A stretch of 64,000 bases of DNA from an uncultured bacterium (lineage in GTDB: Bacteria; JAGOEH01): assembly GCA_964632485.1 (NCBI GenBank), contig CAZWDO010000001.1, forward strand, positions 124,001-188,000, given 5' to 3'. Positions 10,312-20,729 of this stretch are shown here, one piece after another. The notes beneath the pieces are model-generated. The model saw only the letters and a list, made by a program, of their open reading frames with translations. It was not told where the DNA came from and made no database searches. How positions within the stretch are numbered: the first letter of the stretch is position 1; each line of letters begins with the position of its first letter. Position numbers and translations under genes: made by a program.

Positions 10312-12270
10312 TTGAATTCTGACAAAAAAAACAACCATGAATTATCTGGTCACCGTGTGGAAAATGAACTCTCAACTTCAGCTCCAGATAATACACTGAG
10401 TGAATCCGGCTCCAATCCCCGTCTATCGGAACTGGATTTACGCGCCGTATGGGAAAACTCTATTGATGGAATGCGTCTGACAACGGATGAAGGGATTATT
10501 ATTGCTGTAAATCCGGCTTTTTGCCGAATGGTGATGATGCCGCGCGAGGAATTGGAAGGCCAGTTTTTTGGAATTATTTATGTTCGCAACTATACGGAAG
10601 ACAAAAAAAAGGATTGGATTTTCCGCCTAAAAACCCGCCAGGTAAAACCCTTTTTCGAACGGGAACTCCCTCTTTGGAATGGAATGAAAAAATGGTTTGC
10701 GCTTTCCAATTCATATATTAATGAAAATCAAAACAAAACACTAATTCTGACCTTGTTCCGGGATATTACCCAACGCAAGTTGGCTGAAGCAGAATTGGCA
10801 AAGCATAAAACACTTTCCGAAACAGCTAATTATGGCGTGCTGATTATTGATACCAACTATCGTCTAATTTATGTCAACAAATACATTGCTGAAATTCATG
10901 GATTCGATCGGCAGACGCTAACGAATCAAACGATCTTCCGTTTTCATAATCGACAGCAGCGTACCGCAATTATCGCATTATTGAAGGAGACGACCGAAAA
11001 GGGGAGTGTGTCCGCAAGAGAGATCGAACACCATCATCGGTCAGGCTATAGTTTTCCAATGCTAATGAATAGCGTTCTCATTCTTAATGAGGATCAAACA
11101 CCATCGTTTATCGGATTAACCGCCATTGACATATCTGAAAAACGTCATTTTGAACAAGAGCTGTTTCAAGCAAAAAAGCTTGAAAGCATTGGATTATTGG
11201 CCGGGGGGATTGCTCACGATCTTAACAATATATTATCTGCTATTACCGGCAATATAGCGTTGGCCGGTTTATCCTCGGCGCTTTCTCCAAAAACATTGTC
11301 GTACTTAAGGAATGCAGAAAGTGAGATCGCGCGCGCTGCTGATCTGGCCAAACAGCTTCTGACTTTTTCCAAAGGAGGCGAGCCTCTTCTCGAATCGGTG
11401 GATATTAAAGCCAACTTAAAAGAATGGGTTGAATCTACGCTCGAAGAATCTGAAAGGAGTGTTCATTTTGAATTACCGGACACACTCTGGCCGGTAAAAA
11501 TTGACAGCGGGCAAATTCGTCAGGTCGTAAGGCAAATCATCCTTAACGCAGATCAAGCCATGGATAAAACTGGAAATATCGTAATCCAAACCCAAAATTA
11601 CCGAGAAAAAATGCTGTCCAGGAAGCAGACTTCATATTTTGTCAAAATTAAATTTCAAGATCAAGGTCCAGGAATTCCTACCGAATTAATTGATAAAATA
11701 TTCGACCCCTACTTTACGACTCGAAAGAATCACCTCGGGTTAGGACTCTCCATCGCCTACTCGATAATAAAGAAGCATAAAGGAAAAATCGAAATTCAAT
11801 CAACGCCAGGCCAAGGAACGACAGTAGCACTCTATCTTCCCGCGATTCCCTATTATCAAAGAAGAGTTACCGAAAGTCAAACACATCTCCCGCCCAAAGG
11901 GAGCGGAACCGTACTGTTAATGGATGATGAAGTCGCGATTCGCGAAGTGTGCACAGAAATACTTGAGCAAAGCGGATATCATGTCACTGCAGTGACGGAT
12001 GGCAAACAAGCGATTGAATGCTATCGCCTTAACACCTACGACATAGTCATTCTCGATTTAATCGTACCCGGCGGAATGGGTGGACAGCAAACCATCCAGG
12101 AACTCCTTAAAATCGATCCGAGAATCAAGGCAATTGTTATTAGTGGTTATTCCAATGAACCCGTGCTTTCCAACTACCAGCGCTATGGATTCAAAGCAGC
12201 ACTGGCCAAACCGTTCCAGCTCACTGAACTGGTCAAAATAGTGTCCCGATTTATAAATTTTGAAACATAG
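10312..12270 (+). CDS. Cytoplasmic PAS-PAS hybrid histidine kinase with C-terminal receiver domain
   Basis: Two PAS domains (VNPAFC...RDIT; YVNKY...IDIS), GGIAHDLNN H-box, DQGPG, FDPYFTT, GLGL, REC LMDDE...ILDL...AKPF; exact start uncertain. Confidence 0.88.
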   Translation: MNSDKKNNHELSGHRVENELSTSAPDNTLSESGSNPRLSELDLRAVWENSIDGMRLTTDEGIIIAVNPAFCRMVMMPREELEGQFFGIIYVRNYTEDKKKDWIFRLKTRQVKPFFERELPLWNGMKKWFALSNSYINENQNKTLILTLFRDITQRKLAEAELAKHKTLSETANYGVLIIDTNYRLIYVNKYIAEIHGFDRQTLTNQTIFRFHNRQQRTAIIALLKETTEKGSVSAREIEHHHRSGYSFPMLMNSVLILNEDQTPSFIGLTAIDISEKRHFEQELFQAKKLESIGLLAGGIAHDLNNILSAITGNIALAGLSSALSPKTLSYLRNAESEIARAADLAKQLLTFSKGGEPLLESVDIKANLKEWVESTLEESERSVHFELPDTLWPVKIDSGQIRQVVRQIILNADQAMDKTGNIVIQTQNYREKMLSRKQTSYFVKIKFQDQGPGIPTELIDKIFDPYFTTRKNHLGLGLSIAYSIIKKHKGKIEIQSTPGQGTTVALYLPAIPYYQRRVTESQTHLPPKGSGTVLLMDDEVAIREVCTEILEQSGYHVTAVTDGKQAIECYRLNTYDIVILDLIVPGGMGGQQTIQELLKIDPRIKAIVISGYSNEPVLSNYQRYGFKAALAKPFQLTELVKIVSRFINFET

Positions 12271-12382
12271 ATATCAATTCGATCAACGCAATAAATTTCA
12301 AAAATGAATCCAATTGGTTAACCCTTTCGAATTCAGCAGGAAATATATTTGAATCGGGACTAAGCAATCGTTGATTCTTTTA

Positions 12383-15018
12383 CTAGAAATGAGTACCCAC
12401 AAAAAAATATAAATTCCATTGACCTTTAAAATTCCAGGAATATGTCAGTTCAATTTCACCTAAACCGCTACTTTGAAGCAACGTCGCGAAGCAATTAATC
12501 TCTTTGTTGTCTTTTTTATACAGGATCGCCCGAAAACTATTGATATTAGAAAAGACCGATACCCCGGCAATGCCATATANNNNNNNNNNTCACGGCGCAA
12601 AATATCAGCAGTAAAGTGATGCAGGCAATATCTCAGATGTTGAGAAAGAATAAACTTCCCGGTAGAAAACCGTTCATCCTTGCCATATAACGGCATATAA
12701 TGAGCGCGGTCAATTAAAAAATAGAGATCATTTGGCAACTCTTTATAAGATACCCCAATCTCCGCATTGAACTGATAATTAAAATCCAATCCTAACGGAA
12801 AATTCAGTTGGTGATTCAACTCGGCCTGAATAAAGCGCCGATTCTGAAAAAATGCCTGATCACTAAATAAAACCGACCAATAGAAATATATCCCCCGGTT
12901 GGGTATTGTCAAATGATCCCTGCTATCGAGAACATTTTCCAGCTTCCAATAGGAATAATGAAATTCTTTTTGATCTGACGGGAAAACATTAGCGCGATAA
13001 TTATTACCATTTATATAATTAAAAGTCAATAAAGAAACCCCAATTTTTTTCAGATAATTACCAGAAACTGCGGCCGAATAGGTTTCCATTTGCTGTTGGT
13101 AGGAAATCCGAGATTGCCCGGCTGCGTAATAAAAACGTTGCCGGTCATCAATTCCTACTTGAAAGCGGTATCCCAGGTTTGTGCCAAAAAACTGATCGTT
13201 ATGAACTGAAAACGAAAGCCAATTGCGTTTGCCAAAAATTGCCGATAAATAGATAGCATCTCCGGTCCATGGGCTCACATCCTGCCCAAGTTGGAGATAA
13301 CCTAAAATCCGGTCTTCTGAATTGTACTGATAACCGAAGCGAATAACACCCAAAGGCTTTTCAAATGTGTTCAGAATTAATCGGTAATGGCAATTATTCA
13401 CTGAATCAGGAATGATCCGATAAGTTACACGATAAAAATAATTCGTGTTATAAATCTGATCGATCGATTGTTGAAGATCCCTCATATTGAAGGGTTCCAA
13501 CTCTTTGATTTCAATCTTAGAACGCAAAAACCGATTCTTTACGATTTCATTATGCTTGAGTTCTACTCGATCAATAATCCCTTGATGTATCATCAGACAG
13601 AGCGCGCTATCTTGTTCCTGATATGAATAGTTTTCAACATAATTTAGACTGAGCCCTTTTTGAACATAATATCTATTTAGCTTTTCAATTATCCGGCGCA
13701 TGGTATAAAAACAATATGGTCTATCAATAAATTCATGAAGCAAGCCTTCTGCAAGATCAATTTCTGATCCATTGATCCGGAAATAGCGTATTGTCGGCGA
13801 AGCGGTAGAAACAATACGAAGAGAGTAACCATCAGGTATTGAGTCCAGTTGCGCGTAAATATCCTGAAGATGCAATAATTGCCAGGTACTATCCAAAAAC
13901 CGATAAATTTCAGCATAGGAACGATAGCTTGGCAACTTCCATTCAGGCGGGATTTGTATAGCTGTGTCTTCTGTCTCCACTTTCTGGATTAAAAACAAAG
14001 TGTCTGGAAACTCTTTTTCCTTCAAATATTGGATTCTTTCTTTAATCGGCCCAATCATTCTTAATGTGGATTGGTATCCAATATGGATGATCTGATCGAT
14101 GCGATCGAAATCGTTCGATCCAATTGAATCCAAATCCGGGCGAATTACAAAATCCGAAAGCGCTAATTCCTGCTGGTTTTTATTAAGAGACATTATAGTA
14201 GTAATTTGATCAAAAATATCAAAAAAATTGTTTAAACGCTTATTATTGCGTAATGAACTTGTATTATCGACCGTAACAATCAAATCCGGCGAAAAATCGT
14301 CCAATTCACTGACCGGGATATTGTTAACAATTCCACCATCAATATAAAAAAAAGTGTCAATTTGAAATGGATAGATGACAGTTGGAACACTGATAGAAGA
14401 AAAAATCGCATCGGCCAAAAAACCAGACTGAAATACCTTACCTTCTCCGTTAACTAAATCGGTAGCTACACAGCGAAAAGGAATGGGTAGTTTTTGAAAA
14501 TCCAATTTCGCGGCAATATTGGGCTGTATTGTCGATGAAAGAATTAGATTCCATAATGGCTGCCCATAGCTAAATCCCTGGATCTTTTGGATACTCCAAT
14601 TTTTAAAGCGAAAACTAATTAAATGTTTTTCCATTAATCCGCGTTGATAATAATAGTATTTATTCTCGTGAATATCGGGGAAAAAAAATTCCTTCCAGTT
14701 TTGTATTTCATCATGCAGTAATAACCGGATAGAATCAGAAGAAACACCACTGGCATAGAGACCTCCGATCAAACTTCCGATACTGGTTCCTACGATAAAA
14801 TCGATGGGAATTCCACTCTCTTCCAAAGCAATCAGCACACCCAATTGGGACATTCCACGCACTCCGCCGCCACTCAGACATAACCCGATAGTGGGCCGAA
14901 CTGGCATCGGATGAGATTGTGAATAACAACGCGTCAGCGGGCGTTCCTGTAAATTCAATTTGATTTTGTAAGCCCATAGAGGATTTAATAATATCAAGAG
15001 AACAAAAATTTTTTTCAT
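12383..15018 (-). CDS. Patatin-like phospholipase fused to POTRA and an Omp85/BamA-type barrel (PlpD/type Vd-like), spanning the assembly gap
   Basis: Signal peptide MKKIFVLL; GGGVRG, GTSIG and DGG patatin motifs; POTRA-like segment; past the N gap a different frame reads to ...WNLYFFVGTHF* (stop 12383-12385), a beta-barrel signal. Confidence 0.85.
12580..12589. other. Assembly gap (10 N)
   Basis: Run of N in the sequence. Confidence 1.
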
Positions 15019-15035
15019 ATCTTTTAGAAATTTCC

Positions 15036-15063
15036 TTGACAAACATCAGTTTTATTATATATT
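15036..15063 (+). promoter_or_regulatory. sigma70-type promoter for the diguanylate cyclase operon
   Basis: TTGACA 15036-15041, 16 bp spacer, TATATT 15058-15063; an opposite-strand TTGACA at 15083-15088 may serve the patatin gene. Confidence 0.45.
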
Positions 15064-15120
15064 TAATGAAAAATAAGCGGAATGTCAAGACGAATATTGC
15101 GATCCTTAACCTGGTGTTAA

Positions 15121-16326
15121 ATGAAAAATAAAAAGATAATTGTAATTGATGACCAACACGAAGTTTTAGATGTTTATCGGTCAATACTTGAACAACAGGA
15201 AAACGTGCAGGAAAAGTTATTGGACGACATGGAAGACGACCTGTTTGGCAATTCCGATGATACGCTCGAATCAAGCCAAGTTTGTATTGAATTTGAGGAA
15301 TGTTACACCGTTGATTATGCATCGCAAGGGTTAGAAGGCGTTGTTCTGGTGGAAAAAGCCTTAAGAACCATGAGTCCTTATGCTGTCGCGTTCATTGATA
15401 TGCGCATGCCTCCCGGTATCGACGGGATGGAAACAGCCAAACGGATCCGGCAAATGGATCCGGATATCGAAATCGTAATTGTTACCGCTTATTCCGATCA
15501 TTCCCGGCGGGAAATTGTCAGCGAAATCGGCAGCAGCAACAATCTACTTCTACTAAAAAAACCTTTCGATGTCGATGAAGTCAGGCAATTTGCATTAGCT
15601 CTAACTGAAAAATGGCATATTAATCATCAAAAAATGCTTGCCGAAATCGAGTTGCGGCAATACAACATCAAGCTAGAAAATGAAGTGGAAAATCGAACGA
15701 CTGAGCTTAGAGATATGGTAAAAAAACTTAAGCTCCTTTCTACCACTGATCCCATGACCGGGCTTTACAATTTCCGAAAGTTTTCAGAACAGCTTGAAAT
15801 TGAGCTGAACCGGCTCCAGCGTTTTATTGAAAAGCATCCACATGATTCCGTCGCGTTATCCCTTACAATTTTTGATTTGGACGATTTTAAAAAAGTTAAT
15901 GACAATTTTGGGCATCCCAAGGGGGATGTTGTATTACAAACTGTTGCCGAGGTTCTCCGAAGCAGTTGCCGGGAAATTGACATATTGTCCCGTTATGGAG
16001 GTGATGAATTTATTGCTATTCTGATCGACTGCAACCGGGAAAATGCCTTGTCACTATGCCAAAGAATCCAAAAAAATCTTCGTCAAAGTCTTCGATTTTC
16101 AGAATTACTCAGCAACGCAGACGAAAAAACACAAGCAATTCTCTGTCAGAATTTCGACCTGTTGCCCCATGATTATTACCCAATCCAAAGTTCTATTGGC
16201 ATTGCGGAATATTTCTATGGCATTACACCCGAACAACTGGTCAGCAACGCTGATCAGGCACTGTACACGATTAAGTCTTCCGGTAAAAATTCAATCGGTT
16301 TCTGGCCTCTCGACAACAAGGGGTAA
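15121..16326 (+). CDS. Response-regulator diguanylate cyclase (REC-coiled coil-GGDEF)
   Basis: IVIDD, FIDMRMPPGIDG, KKPF; DLDDFKKVNDNFGH, intact RYGGDEF with RxxD I-site (REID) five residues upstream. Confidence 0.92.
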   Translation: MKNKKIIVIDDQHEVLDVYRSILEQQENVQEKLLDDMEDDLFGNSDDTLESSQVCIEFEECYTVDYASQGLEGVVLVEKALRTMSPYAVAFIDMRMPPGIDGMETAKRIRQMDPDIEIVIVTAYSDHSRREIVSEIGSSNNLLLLKKPFDVDEVRQFALALTEKWHINHQKMLAEIELRQYNIKLENEVENRTTELRDMVKKLKLLSTTDPMTGLYNFRKFSEQLEIELNRLQRFIEKHPHDSVALSLTIFDLDDFKKVNDNFGHPKGDVVLQTVAEVLRSSCREIDILSRYGGDEFIAILIDCNRENALSLCQRIQKNLRQSLRFSELLSNADEKTQAILCQNFDLLPHDYYPIQSSIGIAEYFYGITPEQLVSNADQALYTIKSSGKNSIGFWPLDNKG

Positions 16327-16328
16327 AC

Positions 16329-16769
16329 ATGAACAATTATTTATCAAACTCATTGCTATTTAAAAATTTATCTGAACAAGAAATGGAAATTATCAGTAAC
16401 ATCATCACCATTCGATCGTTTCCAGCCAATAGTTTTATCTTCCATCAAGACGATCCGGCAGAGATGATGTATGTTATTATCAGCGGGAAAATTGCAATTG
16501 AAATTAATAAGGGGCAAAAAAAAGAAAGACTACTTGAACTTTCCACGAATCAACTCGTGGGTGAAATCGCTTTTATCGATCAGTCCCCACGCACGGCTGC
16601 CGCTTATTGCACTGAAGAAACAGTTGCCGGATGTATCACTGACGAGATATGGAAAATGATCCGTGATAAACACCCATTAATTTATCAGCAAATTTTGGAA
16701 AATATGCTCGTTTATTTGGCTCAAATGATTCGGAAAACTGATGAACAACTTTTTGGGAATTTTCATTGA
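16329..16769 (+). CDS. Stand-alone cyclic-nucleotide-binding domain protein (Crp-like, no HTH)
   Basis: LFKNL, IFHQDD, MYVIISG, phosphate-binding cassette GEIAFIDQSPRTAAA; only 146 aa. Confidence 0.85.
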   Translation: MNNYLSNSLLFKNLSEQEMEIISNIITIRSFPANSFIFHQDDPAEMMYVIISGKIAIEINKGQKKERLLELSTNQLVGEIAFIDQSPRTAAAYCTEETVAGCITDEIWKMIRDKHPLIYQQILENMLVYLAQMIRKTDEQLFGNFH

Positions 16770-17698
16770 GCGATTCCTTTGAACAAACATCTTTAACCTA
16801 CTTTCTAAAAAAAACTCAAATCGATTTCCAGTTGGATTGTCCACTAGCCCCTTTCACAAGTTGGAAAATTGGTGGACCCGCAACCTGCATGATCAATCCC
16901 GCAACTATAAGCGAACTGCAAGAAGCATATCAATTTCTGATTAAAAACCGATACCGGCATTATATACTGGGGGGAGGCAGTAACCTGTTATTTGATGATC
17001 AAGGGTTTCAGGGAGTCATCATTTATACTGGAAAGCTTAATAGCATAAATATAATTGAATCAACTTCAATCCAGGCTCTTGCCGGATACTCAGTTGACAA
17101 ATTAGCAGATTTCGCGCAAACGCAGGGATTAGGCGGTTTAGAATTTGCCGCGGGCTTACCGGGCAGTTTAGGGGGCGCCATTTATATGAATGCCCGATGT
17201 TATGGCGGTGAATTCAGTCAAAAAATCATTTCCGTCGATTGGCTGGATCAAAACGCAACCCTGCGCAGTCTCTCACCTTCAGACTGCCATTTTCACTATA
17301 AAGATTCCATTTTCCAACATCAGCCCGGCATCATTCTGGGGTGCCGCCTCCAATTGAATCCAGAAAATCCTCAAATAATTCTAAACCGCATGAAGGAAAA
17401 CCGACACGATCGCGTCTCAAAAGGCCAATTCGACTACCCCAGCGCCGGTTGCGTCTTTAAAAATAATTATCAAATAGGAATCCCTTCCGGAAAATTAATC
17501 GAGACACTCGGCATGAAAGGAACCCGAATAAATGATATCGAAATTTACCCCAAACATGCCAATTTTTTTATCAATAGAGGCAATGGAACTGCCCGGGATA
17601 TATTGGAACTGATACAGATCATCCACGAAAAAATTCTTCAAAAATATCAAATAAAATTAGAAGAAGAGATCGTCTATGTACCTTATCAACTATCATGA
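16766..17698 (+). CDS. murB: UDP-N-acetylenolpyruvoylglucosamine reductase
   Basis: TSWKIGGPA, LGGGSNLL, GLEFAAGLPGSLGGAIYMNA, YKDSIF, PSAGCVFKN, HANFFIN. Confidence 0.93.
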   Translation: MSDSFEQTSLTYFLKKTQIDFQLDCPLAPFTSWKIGGPATCMINPATISELQEAYQFLIKNRYRHYILGGGSNLLFDDQGFQGVIIYTGKLNSINIIESTSIQALAGYSVDKLADFAQTQGLGGLEFAAGLPGSLGGAIYMNARCYGGEFSQKIISVDWLDQNATLRSLSPSDCHFHYKDSIFQHQPGIILGCRLQLNPENPQIILNRMKENRHDRVSKGQFDYPSAGCVFKNNYQIGIPSGKLIETLGMKGTRINDIEIYPKHANFFINRGNGTARDILELIQIIHEKILQKYQIKLEEEIVYVPYQLS

Positions 17699-18524
17699 AA
17701 TCCTCCCGGTACTAATAAAAAAAATCCTCGAGGTCCAATTCAATATCGACCCATGGATTTTTGATCAATTAAAAAAGGCAGAAACCGAAGAAATCAACCC
17801 AATGGCGACGGACATGTTACGACAGCTCATCGAGAATAGCCGGGTTGCGGCTGAGGAACGCTTGCCACTGTGTCAAGATACAGGAACTTTTATATTTCAT
17901 GTTGAGCTGGGCCAGGATGTCCAATTAGTGGGAGGCGAGTGGACTGACTTATTTCAGAAAGTGGCTGCCCAAGCGCGGCAAAACGGGTATTTACGTCCGT
18001 CAATCGTTATCGATCCTCTCCGCCGGCAGAATAGCGGGGACAATACTCCGGCATCTGTTCACTATCAACTTGTCCCGGGAGAACGATTGGCTATCCACTT
18101 TTGCGCCAAAGGTGGCGGAGCTGAAAATAAAAGCCGTTTATATATGCTCAATCCCACATCCTCTGTTGACGATGTTTTAGCCACCGTAATAGATCATGTA
18201 AAAAAAAATGCCAGCGCAGCCTGCCCCCCGCTGGTCATCGGAATCGGATTGGGCGGTAATTTTGAATCGTGCCCCTATCTGGCTAAAAAAGCTCTGTTCA
18301 GACCGCTTGAGAGTGAACACCCGGACCCATTTTATGCTCAGTTGGAGAATGATTGGCTACAGGCTATTAACCAAACGGGAGTGGGCGTTCAGGGTATTGG
18401 GGGAACACACACTGCGATGCGTGTTTTAATTGAAGCCGGTCCCTGCCATATCGCTTCCCTTCCCCTAGCAATCAATCTGAACTGCCACTCCCACCGGCAT
18501 TTCAGCCACATTTTTCATTCATAA
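17676..18524 (+). CDS. Fe-S hydro-lyase alpha subunit (class I fumarate hydratase / tartrate dehydratase alpha)
   Basis: PLCQDTG, LRPSIV, NSGDNTPA, KGGGAENKS, ACPP, HIASLP...CHSHRH. Confidence 0.88.
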   Translation: MYLINYHEILPVLIKKILEVQFNIDPWIFDQLKKAETEEINPMATDMLRQLIENSRVAAEERLPLCQDTGTFIFHVELGQDVQLVGGEWTDLFQKVAAQARQNGYLRPSIVIDPLRRQNSGDNTPASVHYQLVPGERLAIHFCAKGGGAENKSRLYMLNPTSSVDDVLATVIDHVKKNASAACPPLVIGIGLGGNFESCPYLAKKALFRPLESEHPDPFYAQLENDWLQAINQTGVGVQGIGGTHTAMRVLIEAGPCHIASLPLAINLNCHSHRHFSHIFHS

Positions 18525-18615
18525 CTCAAGTGAAACGATATTTATGATATATCTTCCGGAATGACCATCAACTGTTCCGGGGTAATGAACCAGTTATTTT
18601 TTAGGAGTGAATGTA

Positions 18616-19710
18616 ATGGCCATGGTATCCCTTAACAACGTGTCAAAATCGTACAGAAAAGATCAACCAGTTGTTCAAAACTGCAATCTGGAAATCCAAA
18701 AAAGCGAATTTATGGTTCTGGTAGGTCCTTCAGGTTGCGGAAAATCAACGACTCTGCGCATGATTGCCGGCCTTGAGGAAATCAGTGAGGGGGAAATATA
18801 TATTGAAAATCGAAAAATCAATGATTTAGCTCCAAAAGACCGCGATATCGCCATGGTATTTCAAAATTATGCTCTTTATCCTCACATGACAGCCGCTGAA
18901 AACATGGCTTTCGGGCTAAAAATGCGCAAATTTCCCAAAACGGAAATCGAACAACGGGTCGCCAACGCAGCCGCCATTCTATCCTTGGAGCAATATTTGA
19001 ATCGCTACCCGCGAGAACTCTCAGGCGGACAACGCCAACGGGTTGCGGTCGGCCGGGCGATCGTACGCCAACCCAAAGTCTTTCTCTTTGATGAACCCCT
19101 ATCCAACTTAGATGCCAAACTTCGCACCCAGATGCGCATCGAACTCAAAAAACTGCACCAACGCCTACAATCCACGGTTATCTATGTCACACATGATCAA
19201 ACCGAAGCCATGACCATGGGCGACCGGATCACGGTGATGAAGGACGGCATTATTCAACAAACCGATACTCCTGCCGTTTTGTATCACCAGCCACACAACC
19301 TATTTACAGCCGGCTTCATCGGCAGTCCCGGCATGAACTTCATCCCGGGCAGGATTGATGGAGGAGCAGAACCTTTTTTTCAGGCTGCCGATCGTCCGCA
19401 AATGCGCTTTCCCCTTTCGCCGACAAATCCCAATAACGCCAACCTTCCGCAAGGTTCCATCGTACTGGGCATTCGGGGCGAGGATATCACTCTTTGCGAC
19501 TCAGACTCTTCCATAACCGGAACGGTTGAAGTCGTAGAACCAATGGGCCATGAATCATTCCTGTATATCGACGCAGGATTGAAACAGAATATTCTCTGCC
19601 GCTGGACAGGGCCCTTTGTTCCGCGACTGGGAGAAACAGTGGCTCTAAAATTCAACGAGCGCCATATTCATTTTTTCAATACTACCGATGAGCGCCGCCT
19701 ACCCTATTGA
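18616..19710 (+). CDS. Carbohydrate ABC transporter ATPase (MsiK/MalK/UgpC family)
   Basis: GPSGCGKST, VFQNYALYPHM, LSGGQRQR, DEPLSNLD, YVTHDQ, C-terminal TOBE domain; ATG 18616 follows AGGAG. Confidence 0.93.
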   Translation: MAMVSLNNVSKSYRKDQPVVQNCNLEIQKSEFMVLVGPSGCGKSTTLRMIAGLEEISEGEIYIENRKINDLAPKDRDIAMVFQNYALYPHMTAAENMAFGLKMRKFPKTEIEQRVANAAAILSLEQYLNRYPRELSGGQRQRVAVGRAIVRQPKVFLFDEPLSNLDAKLRTQMRIELKKLHQRLQSTVIYVTHDQTEAMTMGDRITVMKDGIIQQTDTPAVLYHQPHNLFTAGFIGSPGMNFIPGRIDGGAEPFFQAADRPQMRFPLSPTNPNNANLPQGSIVLGIRGEDITLCDSDSSITGTVEVVEPMGHESFLYIDAGLKQNILCRWTGPFVPRLGETVALKFNERHIHFFNTTDERRLPY

Positions 19711-19712
19711 GA

Positions 19713-20729
19713 TCAATCGAAATATCCTGTCTTCTGAGAATCTGTTTTCAAGAAATCCAAAATATTCGCGACTCGCGTGAAACATAAAGCAATCACGGAA
19801 TCAGCCCCGCCATAGTAAATGGCGATGCGTCCGTCTTCGACATCGGTCAGCGCCGCACAGGGAAAAACGACATTCGGGACTTCTCCCACACATTCATAAT
19901 ATTCCTGGGGAGCAAGCAGATAAGAATTTGCCCGATAACGCGCTTTCCAAGGCTGTTCCAGATCAAGCAAAACAGCGCTAAATGAATAAACATACCCGTT
20001 GCAGGACGTTAAAACACCATGATAAAACAGGAGCCAACCCTCGCTGGTTTCAATCGGTACCGGTCCGGCTCCAATTTTAGTGCTTTGCCACCCGTCACGG
20101 ATCGGACCCATCACCCAGCGATGCTTACCCCAATAGACTAAATCCTGGCTTTCACTGTAGAAAATGTCGCCAAAAGATGTATGGCCTGTATCGCTCGGAC
20201 GGCTGAGCATGGCATAGCGCCCATTGATCTTGCGAGGAAATAGAACGCCATTGCGGTTGTAAGGTAAAAATGCATTTTCGATAAAATGAAATTTCTCGAA
20301 ATCATCCGTATATCCCAGGCCAATCGTCGGCCCATGGTACCCGTTGCACCAGGAAATATAGAAGCGGCCGTCGATATTCACTACACGGGGATCGTAGGCA
20401 TAAACAGGATTACTAAATTCTACATCGTCGCTTTGAAACGCGATCGGTCGCGATTCAATGCGCCAGTGAAAGCCATCATCGCTGAATCCCCGATGCAAGC
20501 GCATCTCCACCCGGCGGTCGTCGCAGCGGAACACGCCGGCAAATCCCCCGTTGAACGGGACAACCGCGCTGTTGAGCACTGAAGTGACGCCCGGCACCGC
20601 TTTTTGAGTAATGATTGGATTGGCAGGATAACGCCAAATGATCTCATCGCAATCGAAGGGGCGTTCACTCCAGGGAATGGCAGTGAGACGGCCCCCAACA
20701 ATCCGATCGGATTGGATTTCAGTCATCAT
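19713..20729 (-). CDS. GH130 beta-mannoside phosphorylase (resembles beta-1,4-mannosyl-GlcNAc / mannooligosaccharide phosphorylases)
   Basis: NSAVVPF, YDPRV, WCNGYHGPTIG, ENAFLPYNRNGVLFPRKI, RPSDTGHT, KIGAGP, VPNVVFP; start moved to MMTEI (20729) with AAGGA upstream. Confidence 0.92.
   Translation of the reverse strand: MMTEIQSDRIVGGRLTAIPWSERPFDCDEIIWRYPANPIITQKAVPGVTSVLNSAVVPFNGGFAGVFRCDDRRVEMRLHRGFSDDGFHWRIESRPIAFQSDDVEFSNPVYAYDPRVVNIDGRFYISWCNGYHGPTIGLGYTDDFEKFHFIENAFLPYNRNGVLFPRKINGRYAMLSRPSDTGHTSFGDIFYSESQDLVYWGKHRWVMGPIRDGWQSTKIGAGPVPIETSEGWLLFYHGVLTSCNGYVYSFSAVLLDLEQPWKARYRANSYLLAPQEYYECVGEVPNVVFPCAALTDVEDGRIAIYYGGADSVIALCFTRVANILDFLKTDSQKTGYFD

Noticed and set aside
12460-12579. ORF-track C-terminus of the patatin protein, or a pseudogene/misassembly call
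   Set aside because: This is an artefact of the arbitrary 10-N gap; another frame gives a proper barrel terminus ending at 12383
14735-15322. 195-aa minus-strand ORF
   Set aside because: It overlaps the patatin gene out of frame and the DGC gene antisense, with no recognisable motifs
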